DNA of 64,000 bases from positions 267,296,898-267,360,897 of the forward strand of contig NC_058133.1 of the NCBI RefSeq assembly GCF_016433145.1, given 5' to 3'. A program made the position numbers and the translations under genes. Under the pieces are notes generated by a model. That model did not search any database and was not told where the DNA came from. It saw only the letters and a list, made by a program, of their open reading frames with translations. Each line of letters begins with the position of its first letter. Position 1 is the stretch's first letter. Below are positions 41,363 through 54,071 of this stretch, piece by piece. Source of the DNA: Gracilinanus agilis (Eukaryota).

Positions 41363-41582
41363 CGGCTATCACGATCCCATAGGAGTATGCGTATATGATT
41401 GATAATTGATGGCTGACCTAATTTAATCTCAATGCCAGACCGGCAGTCATCATCAATTGGATGCCTAGAAAATCCATGATCCAAATCATAATTTTGTGTA
41501 TCACCATCAAGTAAGGCAGATTTCAGCTCCCCTTTCACTACCTGGGCTCCATGCTTCATAGTTGCAATGTTCTCTTCTGGTA
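41363..41582 (-). CDS. BTBD9: BTBD9 coding exon, 220 nt (IPEENIATMK...LLWDRDSR), first discoidin/F5-8-like domain
   Basis: TTTAG| acceptor at 41583, CG|GTAAGT donor; phase joins A+TA = Ile. Confidence 0.98.
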
Positions 41583-41670
41583 CTAAAGTTAGAAATAAAA
41601 AAGGCAGCATTAATAGTTCCTTAATATATGATTCTCCCACAACAAACAAGAAACATAAACTAAAAGTTAT

Positions 41671-42316
41671 TGTGAAGATAGGATTAACTCTCCCCTTGTC
41701 TATTTTTAGCTAATCAAATCAAGGACTTAAAGTTCCCCTACTTACCATTAAGTATGAGAGTTCACAAGCCACTAAGTGACAACTCCAAAGACCACCACCC
41801 ACTCCCTCCTTGGGCAGTGCTAGGGAAATTGAAAGACTGCCATTGGTTTCTGTGAAGAAGGAGGAGTGACGGGAAGTGACAGGAAGTGACATGGAAAAAA
41901 GGGGTATAAAAATGACCAACCTGGTCTAGCATATCATTCCCTTCCTGGCATTTGTAGAAATTGGTTCCAGAGATCCCTGCCTTGGCTTGGAGGAGACCTT
42001 TTCCCTGGATCCTTAGTCGGCTTGTTGGCTGAAGACACCTCTGGGACTTCTGGCTGAGGATTACCAGGAAATCCACATGGGGACAAGGGACGTGGGGAAG
42101 CCCTTGAGGTGCTGAGCCTCACTTCACCCAAGAAGGGCCGGTAGGCTTGTTAAAATCTGTCTCTTTCGCTACATTTTTCTACTTTCACTCTTTCTATCTC
42201 TTTATAAATAAAGCTGCTATAAGTTATTTTGACTTAAGCTATAACATTGTAAATTTGGTGACCACGATATTACTTTATAACTATCATATTCAGCATAAAG
42301 CCTAAGTTTAAACTCA
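41671..42316 (+). mobile_element. Solo LTR of the same family as 8435-9171, antisense to BTBD9, 88 bp from the 220-nt exon acceptor
   Basis: Starts TGTGAAGATAGGATTAA; GGA(G/A)GTGAC x3 at 41861-41890; TATAAAAA 41905; AATAAA 42207; right end approximate, TSD not resolved. Confidence 0.8.
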
Positions 42317-42699
42317 AACTACGGTAAAGGCAAATTTCTTGAGGATAGAATTAGAACCAATATCCAATATTTGAAACACTGATTGAGTTTCATATTTACA
42401 TTTTTCCAGTCTAGTTAGTGTAAATTTAGTCTAAATATCAGGGACATCTATTCTAAAGGAAAAAAGGAAGATCTATAAGGATAAATGTAATTGTTAATAA
42501 TGAGTACTCACAAAATGCCTGGAATAAGTGGTCATGGTAAAGTATTAGTACATGGTAAAGGATATTACCTATAAAGAAAGTCATATTTCCTTTCAGGAAG
42601 CATTAATCAGCTATATTTAGACCATTTTATATCACTAGTTAGTATTTAAAACCAAGCATCACATATAATAATAATAGCTGACATTTACATAGTACTTGT

Positions 42700-43740
42700 G
42701 ATTATATTCTTTTTCTTTCTCTAATTATTCCCCTCTCTGGTTCCTCATCTTCTTCCTAGTTACTTAAAGTAGATGTTCTACCACAAGGTTATATTCCTGA
42801 TTGGCTTCTTTTCTTTCTCCTCTTTAACAATTATATTCACTCCAGTCTCTTTAATTATCAACTTTCATGTAGAACTTTTTCTAATCTGTTATCCTCAAAA
42901 CTTAACTCTCTTTTGGGCTCAACTCTATTTTCAAAACCAGACTCTTCTCTCATTTACCTCTCATATCCAACTACCAGCTCCTTTAGAGTCTAGCTCCACA
43001 ATATTTCAACATTGTTCTCTCCATTAAATTCCTACTTCTCTCATTTTCACAAAAGATTGCATTATCAGTTATCTAAAACTACTTTATCAATCCCCTAAAA
43101 GGTCTTGCTACCTTCTCCCTCTTTGTCCTCCCTGTAGAGGTTTATTATCTTGTTGATTTTTTTGGTCTTAGACTACTTTGCTGTCTAATGAAGCCTATGA
43201 ACCCTTTCTCAAAATGTTTCTAAATTAATTAAATAAAATGCATAGAATTACAAAAGAAACCAATAATGCTGAAATTCAGTTATCAAAATCTTTTTAAAAA
43301 GAAAAAAAAATTCATGGATCCCAGGTCAAGAACCCTAGCCCTACAATATCTCTTCATAGCACTGCAGGAAGTTTCTCATTCTTTACTCATAGATCTAGTC
43401 ATGTCACCCTATTCAAAAATATTCAGGAGTTTGCTACTGTTGATTAAGTATACTTCAAATACATTTACTGGACATTCAAGGACCTCCACCACAATTTATT
43501 GCCAACCTACTTTTCCAATCTTATGTCATATTACTCCTTTCTATGCATACTGCTTTAAACACAAACTGGACCACTCTCTGACCCTTCTGACTATACTTTT
43601 GGTTATGCTGGTACCTAAATCCTGACATTTCCTCCATCTAACCCCTCTACTGACTACTGAACTTCTACTTTTCCTTTAAAAAGCCTATCAAACATGTCAT
43701 CATCTATAAAATCTTCTCTAGTCCTTCTCAGATGTCACAT
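42700..43740 (+). mobile_element. L2 fragments containing a short Charlie4/MER103-like hAT element at about 43170-43340
   Basis: gaagcctatgaaccctttctcaaa...atggatcccaggtcaagaaccc. Confidence 0.65.
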
Positions 43741-43794
43741 CTCATTGTTTTTGTCAATTTATTTTATAATGAATCTAAAAGTTAAGATGTCAAA

Positions 43795-44631
43795 CAGAGG
43801 CAATCAGAGTCAAGATAGTGGCTTAGAAGAAGCAAAAATAGATTCCTCTGTGAAAACTCTCTCATTCTAATAAAAAACAAAGCACTTCAAGAGGGAGAGA
43901 AAAACCAAATCCAACAACAAGACAGAGCTATGGGATCCTCCTGCTCAATTGAACTTAAAAGGTACACAGAGACGGTTGAATTCTTGGGGTTTAAGAAAAA
44001 GAAAGAAGGTAGTGGTAAACTGTATAGTGTAAACTGCATAGGACAACATGTAAAAAACCTAGGGGTAAAAAAAGAGGATAATACTAAGAGAAATGGGAAA
44101 AGAGATAATATGGGGTAAATATATATATATTATCATAAAGAAGCACATGGGGGAGGGGGAGAAAAGACCAATATAATATAAGGGAGGAAGAGGGTGGCAA
44201 CAAGTAATATTAAATCTTACACTCATCAGAATTGGCTCAGAGAGGGAAAAAGAGATCCACTAGGGCAGAGAATTATATCATGCCCTATATAAAAATAGAT
44301 GGGTAATAAACAGGCTGGTGGGGCAGGGAGCAATACAAAGGAGGGAGAGGTTGAGGGGTCATTTAAAAGGCACTATAGTAAGAGGGGAATAATAAAAAGG
44401 GAAAGGGTAGGAAGGGGAGTACCATTAGGGAGGTGAAACAGGTGAGACTGAATGAAAGTGAAAAGTTGGAGAGGAGGCTAAGAGGGATAATAGAAAAGGT
44501 AGAATCAAAGGAAGAAATCAAAATGGAGGGAAATACACAAACAGTGATCATAACTGTGAATGTAAATGGGATGAACTCACTCATAAAAAGGAAGCAGAGA
44601 GCAGAATGGATTAAAAAACAAAATCCTACTG
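43795..44631 (+). mobile_element. Old L1 5' pieces (5' UTR start, inter-ORF region, ORF2 start)
   Basis: gagtcaagatagtggc start; ITVNVNGMNSLIKRKQRAEWIKKQNPT endonuclease start in ORF 44433. Confidence 0.75.
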
Positions 44632-45700
44632 TGTTACTGGAAATATTGGGGTCCTTGAACTACATTTCCCATGAGCCCACTGGCTTCCTATCATTACACA
44701 ATGATGTAGACAGAGGGATAAAATTGAGAGGCTGGCGTTTCACTTCCTCTTTGCTTCTGATCCACCATGGTGAGAGCTAGGAATAGCGGGGCTTTTAAAC
44801 TGACTAAGCTAGCATGGCACGTGGCTATATTTTCTAGTGGCTACTAATAAATCTTACAAAAACCCATAATATTTTTAAAGTTATCCTTTTACATTAATTT
44901 TATTTTTTACATTGATGGTGACCACCTGGAAAAACAACTCTCAATTTTTTAAGATAGCCTAGATAAGATAAATTATAAAAAGCCACATTTCTCCTGTCAT
45001 GGCTTTTCACCCTCCCCCCACCTCAAGAACTCTGAGAGAACTCTAAAACTCTCTCCAGAGCTGCTTCTGCCATTTTTGTGTTTTTTGTTTTTTCTCTTTT
45101 TACTGTTTTCCCTGGCCACCTGGCTGCTTTCCTTTGAGTAGCTTTTCTTGGAGCTCTTGGCCGAAAGGGAAAAGTCACTTCTCTTGCCAATCCAAGCTAT
45201 TTGCTGTGCCTGATATCCCCTGCCTGCCGAACTCCACCTGCCCCTCCCTGGGAATGGAGCTTCAGCCGCTGTTGCTGATAGTCCCTAGAGCTGATGCTGC
45301 TGTCACTACTGCTTGGAGCCAATCTCCTGAGGCTTGGGAAGTATAACCCTCCCTTCTTTATCATTGTGCACAGCTGAGACTTTCCTTGCTGCCTGCCTTG
45401 GAAGCCTAGGTGTGTTTCCTCTTAGACAATAATTAGTCTCCTAAAAGGGTTTTTACCTGAGGAGAGCTTCTAACTCTTAACCCCACTTCCCCCTCTAAAT
45501 GAGTTTTTGAGACTGCAGCTTTTCTAGTCCTTACCTCTCAGTTACGATTCTATGCTCTGCCTATGGGGAGGGGACCGAGACAGCACGGGGACTCCATGAT
45601 TTTCTTGAAAGTCTCTGTACTTATTGTACTTTGCTAATTGTTTGCTTTACGATTTAATTTTGCTGTTTTACGATTTAATTTTGTTGTTTTATGTTCATGT
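44632..45700 (+). mobile_element. LTR plus probable ERV leader-like sequence
   Basis: L1 text stops at TGTTACTGG; GATAAAA and AATAAA(t) signals; tggtgaccac motif shared with the other LTRs; higher-GC downstream segment; PBS not identified. Confidence 0.55.
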
Positions 45701-46984
45701 TAATCTGATCAATATCTTTCTGTTACACTAAATCATTTTAAGCTACTGTGTTTTTGCCTATTAGATAAATTCTGTAACATGATATTATTTGTACCTCCCC
45801 ATGCTTGTACTAGAGCAAATATCATTGTAAAAATGTAGTCAACTTACACAACAAACCTTTCACGAGATCACATTGCTTTTTATTCTATTTTCACAATTGT
45901 ATACAACCTTTGGGGAATTTAATGAGTTAAATATATCAATTGATTTTAAGGAATCTTTAGGCCCTATTTTAGATATCTAGTATTATTTGCTTGCCTCTGA
46001 GTTGTTTGTAACAAGAAATATGGGTCCATTGGTAGTTGAAGAGATGTGCAATGGCACTATTTTATCCTCACTTCCGCATTTATAAAAATATAATGGATGA
46101 GAAATCTCAAGTGATTTTCACTATTTAATTCTCTGCTCCATGTGAAATGGGTGGGATATTTTGTTACAGTCCCATACCAGAGGGAGCAAGATGCCCAAGA
46201 GGCTTAATTACCCTGTAATGGGTTATAATCTCATCTGGGAAGTGGGAAGGATTTTCTCTGAATTATAGTAGCTTTGAAATAATTTTTAAAATATTTATAA
46301 CCCTTCAATTTATTCTACTTTTCCACCATGAGGATCTAGACTACTTGGTGACATTTTAGACCCAAAAAGTTTTGTTTTATTTTTTTTATCAGTTTTGGTG
46401 ATCCTAGCCTTCTATCTTTTGATATAAACATAATTCTTCCCTGAGACATTTATCCTCTCTCTATGTTAAAATATTACTATAGGCACTGTTTCACTCTCAA
46501 TTTCCAAACAATTCATCATTTCTGTATCTTCTCTATTGATATCTTTCCTCTCTACTTTCCCCAGTTTTCAAAGATCGTGTGACTTAACCATTATATTAAA
46601 AAATATCACAATGACCAGATTAAGAGAATCAGAGGAGTTTTGAAGAAGTTTGTGAATTTGTCAACTGGCAATCAGTTAAATAACATTAGTTAATAAGCAA
46701 CTACTACGCTACAAATCAGCAACAATAGTTGCTTAATGTTATTTAACTAACTGCCAAATGTCAGACAAGTAAATGCTGAAGATTCAAAGAAATGGGCAGG
46801 TTGGGGTGGGGTGTGAAAAAGTCCATGCTCTCAAGGAGCACACAGTCTAATGAGAAAGAAAACTCTCGAATAAGTATGTGTAAATAAGATAAATTGGGGA
46901 TGGTCTCAAAGGGAAGTCACTAAGATTAGGGAGGAAAGGGAAAATGCTACTTAGATAAGATTTGAAGAGTGTATATTCATACAC

Positions 46985-47030
46985 AACACACACACACACA
47001 CATACACACACACACACATACACACACACA
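46985..47030. repeat. (CA)n microsatellite
   Basis: Seen directly. Confidence 0.9.
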
Positions 47031-47568
47031 TATTCTATCTCTCTAGATTGTCTAGTATTTCTAGGATCTAGCATAATATCTAGGACATAGTAAATGCTTA
47101 ATAAATGCTTACTGATTGATTGATTATACTATTACTGAGTGTTCTACTCCTTGGCCTACTCCTCTGTCACCTCTTCTTGCTCTTTTACTTTCTTAGTATT
47201 GTACAGTGCCCTTGACTTTCCATTTCTCTCTCTTTCTCTTGGAAAATGTAATTAACACTGTAATAGTTATTTCTATATTTCTAGCCCTGACCTCTCACTT
47301 ATGCTTACATTAAATATTCCTCCTGCATGTTAGGAATTTCTACTTGGATCCAATGCTTTCTAAGTGACTGAAGAGGGTATTACAAGGTATAAGAAGTAAA
47401 ATTCCATATTAGAGTTAACTATTACACACATAGCTATAAAACCTATAAACACTATAGCTATGAAGCTGGAGCAGCTAAATGTTCTGTGAAAGGTGACAAA
47501 ATCTTTTTGTGAGCAAAACTTCAAACCCTCCCGACCCCCATATACATTTAAAAGAAATAGGTACTCAC

Positions 47569-47833
47569 TAAGCATGCCCCGATAATTGAGATCCATGTCC
47601 CGACTCTCTGAGCGTACTTTAATTGCATCCAAGATGGCATCAGGAGACAACAATGTAGATGGTCTGACAACATTTAGAAGCTCAGTGAGGCTCATCAGGG
47701 GCAAACGGACTGCTTGCATGATTTCAGCATGATCCTCTTTTGGATTGTGCTTACACCAATTCAATAAAGCTTGAAAAATATCCTTTTCAGGAGCTGCAAA
47801 TGAATCTCTTAATACAATATTGAGAAGTGCTGC
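47569..47833 (-). CDS. BTBD9: BTBD9 coding exon, 265 nt (AALLNIVLRDSFAAPEKDIF...DLNYRGML), BACK domain
   Basis: TTAG| acceptor at 47834-47837, A|GTGAGT donor; the ORF track covers only part of it. Confidence 0.98.
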
Positions 47834-49186
47834 CTAAGAGGAAAAGGATAAAAAGGAAAATTCTAGTTAAAAATAGAATGCAGCAAAGCAGATCAGGAAG
47901 GGATTACATGATTTGGGGTGTTGGTCTTTTGAACTCTTCTCCTCTTCCCAGCTTAGCTCTCCATTACCCCAATCTTCTTAATTTTCTCAACCTGTAAGTT
48001 ATTATTTACCATTCTCACTTGTACTACCTGTCGTTTCCATTTATTTTAACTTTCTACCCTTAATTCCATCTCTTCTTCAACTTGTATAACTAAAATTTTA
48101 ATGAAAAATAGTAAAACATTCAAAACTTGTTTTAAATATATGAAGTTAATTTAAAAAAAAAAACACTATATCCAAGTAAGTGTTATCTGCTTTATGTGGC
48201 AAGCTCCATTTGAGGATGTTTTCAAATATTTATAAATAGAACATTATTCACAACTAAATTAATCTTTTAATAAAACCTTATTATGATACCAGGTTCTGAA
48301 AAAAATCTGAGAAAATGTAATAATAATAATAGCTAGCATTTATATAGCACTTTAGAGTTTAGTCCTAAAAGTATAGGGTAAACTGAATTTATTTAACCTG
48401 GGAAGAAGGGGAGTCAGAGTTGACTTTGATATTAGATAGATAAATAAACGTACATATGTGTATAAAGCTGCTGATATATCTATATATTTTATAAATATAG
48501 TTATAGATAGATCAATGGCTTTATTTGTCCTAGAGCCAAGAAAGAAAAGGAATTCCAACAGGAAATATTTTTAGTTGGTCAAAGGGGAGATTTCTCCTAA
48601 CTCTTATTATAAACTATCAAGAAGTTTTGAAGTCTCATTCTCTGAAGTACTTTGTTTCTTAACAGATTATATTTCTATCTCAGAAGACTTGTATATGATC
48701 TGAGGTAATGCACAATGTATTGCATATGAATGAAGTAACTGCTCTATTAAGATCCATTCCATATTAAGGAATTTCATTTTAAAATATCCATAGATCTAAG
48801 AGTGTATATTACATTTAGCTTTGTGAACTAAGGGTACTAACAAGAGATCTGGAACATCATGTTGTGTTTATTTAGGCCATGGTTTCATGTAAACTTTTTC
48901 ATTCTCTTATTTTCTCAATTCTAGTACCTGCACCTTGCCCCTTTGAAAAAACAAGGGAAATGAGAAAGAAGTCAAAACATAGTAAATATGTGTCAGAAAC
49001 AAAACTAGAATCCAAGCAGTTTGACTTTAAGGCCAGCTCTTTATCCACTAATTAGTGCTGCTCTCTTTTTAAAGTTTCACCATGGGTACTTTCAAGTTTT
49101 TTCTCTATGTTATACAGAGAGACAAGAGCAGCAAGAACTGGCAAGTCTTCTTTATATTGGGAGCAAGAATTGAGTTTCCAGTATAG

Positions 49187-50496
49187 AGATCTAAAATAGA
49201 AGTTTTGTATATGTAGCAACCTCACAGAATCATAGGATCATGAACTTAAAGTCATCAAATGTGCTGTTAGAGAAGAGCTAGTAAAAATTTCTAACTTAAA
49301 AAATGAGGAAATAGAAGTTCCAAGATCACCCAACAAATAAATGGCAAAGTCTCAAACCCAAGTCTTCTGATTACAACACGTGTTCTTTCCATTGCACTGT
49401 TCTACCTCTCACTTAAATACTACTTAATGCTCTTTTATTTATTTAATTTTCAATTCAACAAAAATATTTATTCTTCTGGGTAATTATTAATATTTATTTA
49501 TGCAACTAAATATTGAGTTCAAATAAATTCCTGCAAAGACTGATAAAAAAACAAAGGAGAGTGGCATTAAAAAGGCAAAGATTTTATAATGATATTGTTC
49601 CTGAGTCTATTATTATAATTCCATCTTACAATTACATGCAAAACAATGCTCTACAATGGAAGTATTTATATACAAAGACACACCTTAGAAAGAGAAAGGA
49701 AACCTTCACTGGAAAGTACCTCCTGAGCATTTCTGTCCATAAACATACAGCACATACAAGTGAGCTTTGGAAGCAAGTAGAGACTAGCAACATCAAAAGT
49801 CATGCAGACGTTCTGAATGTTAAGTATGGTGCAGAGATAGTCAGAGGTTGAATCCTCTAGCTCAGGGAATCCATATTTATGAGCCAGGCTTAGGAAGTCC
49901 AGTAGCACCTCCTCCTTTTCATCTGTCAGTGTTGCCCGTCCTGTGTAGATGTATTTAAGTAGCATGGTAAATGCCTCTGCAGTGGTATCTTGGAGAGGGA
50001 TTTCTGCTTCAGGCTGAGACTCTCGCATTCCACCATATAATAATGCTCTGCACATATAGAGAACAAATACATAAGAAAATTACACCCCACTAGAATTTGC
50101 TACAGAATATTCAAAATACTGGTATTCCACAAATACAAATGACAGAGACATTCAGAAGAAAATTTTGAACAATAAAATATATTAAAATAAAAGAAGGTAT
50201 GTAACACAAGATGACAACTATTTTGAATTGCTGCTAAAGACAATTAGAATTTCATATTATTCTGACAGTTTAACACAAATATTAGACAATAAGTACATAG
50301 TTGAAACAGTTTTCATGAGAGAAAAAGGTATCTAAAGATCTAAAATAGAAGTTTTGTATATGTAGCACCTCACAGAATCATAGGATCATGAACTTAAAGT
50401 CATCAAATGTGCTGTTAGAGAAGAGCTAGTAAAAATTTCTAACTTAAAAAATGAGGAAATAGAAATTCCAAGATCACCCAACAAATAAATGGCAAA
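49187..50496 (+). repeat. 162/161-bp direct repeat pair (49187-49348 and 50336-50496) flanking the 364-nt BTBD9 exon
   Basis: Base-by-base comparison shows one substitution and one 1-bp indel. Confidence 0.97.
49684..50047 (-). CDS. BTBD9: BTBD9 coding exon, 364 nt (ALLYGGMRES...EGFLSLSK), BTB/BACK
   Basis: CAG| acceptor at 50048-50050, AAG|GTG donor at 49684/49683; phase joins CG+A = Arg. Confidence 0.98.
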
Positions 50497-50520
50497 AAGA
50501 AAAAGGTAAACTATCTAAAG

Positions 50521-50704
50521 CAGTGGTTCCCAAACTTTTTTGGCCTACTGCCCCCTTTCCAGAAAAAATATTACTTGGAAGTTAATTTTTTAAAAATTTT
50601 AATAGCAATTAATAGGAAAGATAAATGCACCTGTGGCCATCACCGCCCCCTGGATCGCTGCAGCACCCACTAGGGGGCAGTGGCGCCCACTTTGGGAATC
50701 ACTG
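50521..50704. mobile_element. hAT MITE family C
   Basis: TIR CAGTGGTTCCCAAA...TTTGGGAATCACTG; TSD atctaaag/atctaaaa. Confidence 0.95.
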
Positions 50705-51469
50705 ATCTAAAAGTTGATAAGGAAACTTAAGCTACTGTTTGTCCCTTTAAAATTTACAATTAGAACACCAGAGAGAGCCAAAGAGTTTGCATTTCCATAG
50801 ACTAAAATCATTAGAATAAATGTTATTAATTTAGATGTGATCAAAAGATAAGAAATGTTATTTTTATGCAAAGAAAAATATTACAACAAAGTACTGCCCC
50901 AGTTTTTTAATTGTGATGAGATAAAATGTTGGCCTACGCACTGTCATAATTCCAGGGACAATAGGACAACAGGACAGCATGACCAAGAGCAATCATAAAA
51001 CCTTATTCAGAATGAGGGGACAGAGAAAGAAGAATAATTGTTTTAGTTATTTCTCCTGTTTTTGCTCATCTTCAGGGCCTAGCAATAATGTTTGCCCCAG
51101 AAAAACGATGAGAATTACTTGGCACAAGATTTAGGAGTCAACTTCCAATCATTGTCTTCATAAGAATATCCAATCCCTTCATTTAGCAAGTCTTTACCCA
51201 GATCATTATCCCTGCTCTGACCTCACTTTCTTCTTTTCCTAATCTCAGTCATATGATTAATCAGTTCAATTCTACAACATTCTCTACTCTCTCTCGGGAG
51301 GAGGAGAAGCATACCCACCACCTCCTACCCCCTGAGTCTTACTGATGCTGGTATTTTGCTAATTCCAATTCTGGTTTTCTCCCACAACCTACTTCCTCAG
51401 TTCCTACTGAAGTACTGTTGAAAGAAGCCTCAATAGCAGAAACTGCTAAGTCTATCACAGTTGATCATT

Positions 51470-52110
51470 CTACAATATTATTGTTATTGTGTTACAATGT
51501 TTTCCTGGTTCTCCTTATTTCATTCTACATCAGTTCATGTAAGTCTTTCCAGCTCTATCTAAAATCATCCTATTCATCATTCCTTACAGCACAATAATGT
51601 TCCATCACCATCATATACCACGATTTGTTCAGCCATTCCCCAATTGAGGGACATCCCCTTAATTTCCAATTCTTTGTCACCACAAAAAGAGTAGCTATAA
51701 ATATTTTTGTAGAAGTAGATCCTTTCTCCTTTTTTTAAAAAATCTCTTTGGAATACAGACCTAGTAGTGGTATTACTGGATCAAAGGGTATGTATGCTTT
51801 GTTTTATAGTCTTCTCAGGCATAATTCCAAATTGCCCTCCAGAATAGCTGGATCAGTTCACAGCTCCACCAACAATGCATTAGTATCCCAATTTTGCTAC
51901 ATCCCCTCCAACATTTGTCATTTTCCTTTAATGTCACATTAGTCAATCTGATAGGTATGAGGTGGTACCTCAGAGTTGTTTTAATTTGCATTTCTCTCAT
52001 CAAGAGGGATTTAGAACATTTTTTCATATTGATAGCTTTGATTTCTTTATCTGAAAACTGCCTATTCACATCCTTGTACCATCTGTTGATTGGGGAATGA
52101 CTTACATGGG
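51470..52110 (-). mobile_element. L1 ORF2 C-terminal/3' fragment
   Basis: ORF 51815-52069 (MNRQFSDKEIKAINMKKCSKSLLMREMQIKTTLRYHL...). Confidence 0.92.
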
Positions 52111-52243
52111 ATATATTTTATTAAAAGGATTTTTTGATTTGAGACCTAGAGTTCTGATTGATCCATTGTACCCTATCTGACACCTTCTTATCTCTGCCTC
52201 TTACCCTTTTTGCCTTCCTTTAAGTTATATGTATAGAAATCAC

Positions 52244-52288
52244 AGTTGAACCCATGGCTGAACCCATAGTTGAACCCATAGTTGAACA
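52244..52288. repeat. 12-bp minisatellite (agttgaacccat) x about 3.7
   Basis: Seen directly. Confidence 0.85.
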
Positions 52289-53544
52289 CCAAAAAAGAGT
52301 TTTGAGAGAGAGAAAAAGCAGTGTACGATGCCAACATGTTATCTTATTGGGACCTTGATGAAATTGCTATTCATGAGTCCTGAGGCATGGAAGATGATCT
52401 GACAAAGGAGATTAAAAAGAAGTTATTCATCAGACTGGAATAAGAGAATGAGGAAACAGCAATATCACCAAAAAAACAAAACAACAACAACAACAACAAA
52501 AAAAAAACAGGGAGAAAAGAGTAATGAGGAGGGGCAATTGCCAAATGTAAAATGCCAAGAATAAAAATTGAGAAAAGGCCACTAAATTTGGCAATTAAGA
52601 AACTGTGAGTAACAGAATATTTTCAGTTGAGGAATGTGGATGGCAGTAAGTCTGTAAGGCATGGAAAAGTGAATGGAAGGGGTGAAAAAATGAAGGTGGT
52701 TAAGTGTAGAAAACTTTTTCTAGGAGTATGGTAGAGAAATGGACAACAGTTATAGAATTCACATTTAAAGAAAGGTAAGATCAAGTGACAATTTCTTGTT
52801 ATTGTTGCTGCTGCTGGTACTGCTGTTTGAAAAATAGAGGAGATCTGGGTATATTTATAGGAAGCAGGGAATGAACCAGTGAGTGGCTAAAGAGATTTGG
52901 GGAAAAAAAATGAGATGGCCAAATGTGCAAGTTTAACGCAAGCATCTAAACAATTATAAGCAGATAGATAATTGAATGGAAAGTAGGAAGTTGCTACTGT
53001 ATTGCTGACTCATAGTTAACAATGATTTTTTAAAAAATCAAGTTGAAATTTCCACAGGAGGATACCTGAAATGTTATTTAAACTACCAATATTCAAATTT
53101 AGATAACAATCTTTCCTGGTCAATGCTATAATAAATTCTCTAGACCCAAAGTAAATTTATCAAGGGCAAGTTATCATAATTCCAATTTTTCAGTGATGCT
53201 TTCTTCTAAGTATTACTAATCACTCATAAATATGGGGAAATTTTATTATTCATGTAACTGAAAAAGTAGGAGTTAAAAGATCACACAACCCATGAATAAA
53301 AGAGTAAGATTTTAATAATATTTAAATAAACTATATAAACTCTGGCTAATCTTAGAAACAGAAAAACTATATAAGGAAGTGAATGACTTTTTTGTCAGAT
53401 CTGTTAACAATGAGTTCTCTTAGAATGAAAAGTTATGACTTTCCCTGGATTGATTGCACTAACCCGATGGGTCTGATAAACTGCATAACGTTCTTTTGAG
53501 TTTGAAACCAAGAAACATATATGTATACATGACATGATTTTTTA

Positions 53545-53733
53545 AAAACCCTTACCAACATTTACCAAAACTTTGTACTGGCTCCAAGGCAGAAGAGTGG
53601 TAAGGGTAGGCAATGGGGGTCAAGTGACTTGCCCAGGGTCACACAGCTGGGAAGTGTCTGAGGCCGGATTTGAGCCTAGGACCTCCTGTCTCTAGGCCTG
53701 GCTCTCAATCCACTGAGTTACCCAGCTGCCCCC
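53545..53733 (-). mobile_element. Opossum SINE-1
   Basis: Full body match; imperfect TSD tatac(at)gacatgat. Confidence 0.92.
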
Positions 53734-54071
53734 TATATACGACATGATAACCCAACTTCCAGCCTCTAGCAAGTCAGGATGTCAATCAATATTCCCAAAA
53801 TACAAAGAGTTCATCATCATGTCTAACTCCTATGGAAGGAAATTCTGATCAATGAAGATATTAGGCACAAAAGTAGAATTTGCCTTTTCCCGCCCTACCT
53901 TTAACCCACAATTAGAAAAATCTGACATACATCTACTTAAGACAGTGTAGGGGTAGTCTGGTTCATACATGAAGTCATCCCTAAAGGGACTTAATGGCAA
54001 TGATTTTAAGATGACTCTAGTAAGAAAAGTGTTGCAATGGTTTCCATGAATTTAGGTACACTAATCTACAT

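Noticed and set aside
47360-47568. ORF-track extensions beyond BTBD9 exons (also 41583-41649 and 49666-49683)
   Set aside because: They lie past canonical splice sites and lose BTBD9 similarity, so they are intronic read-through
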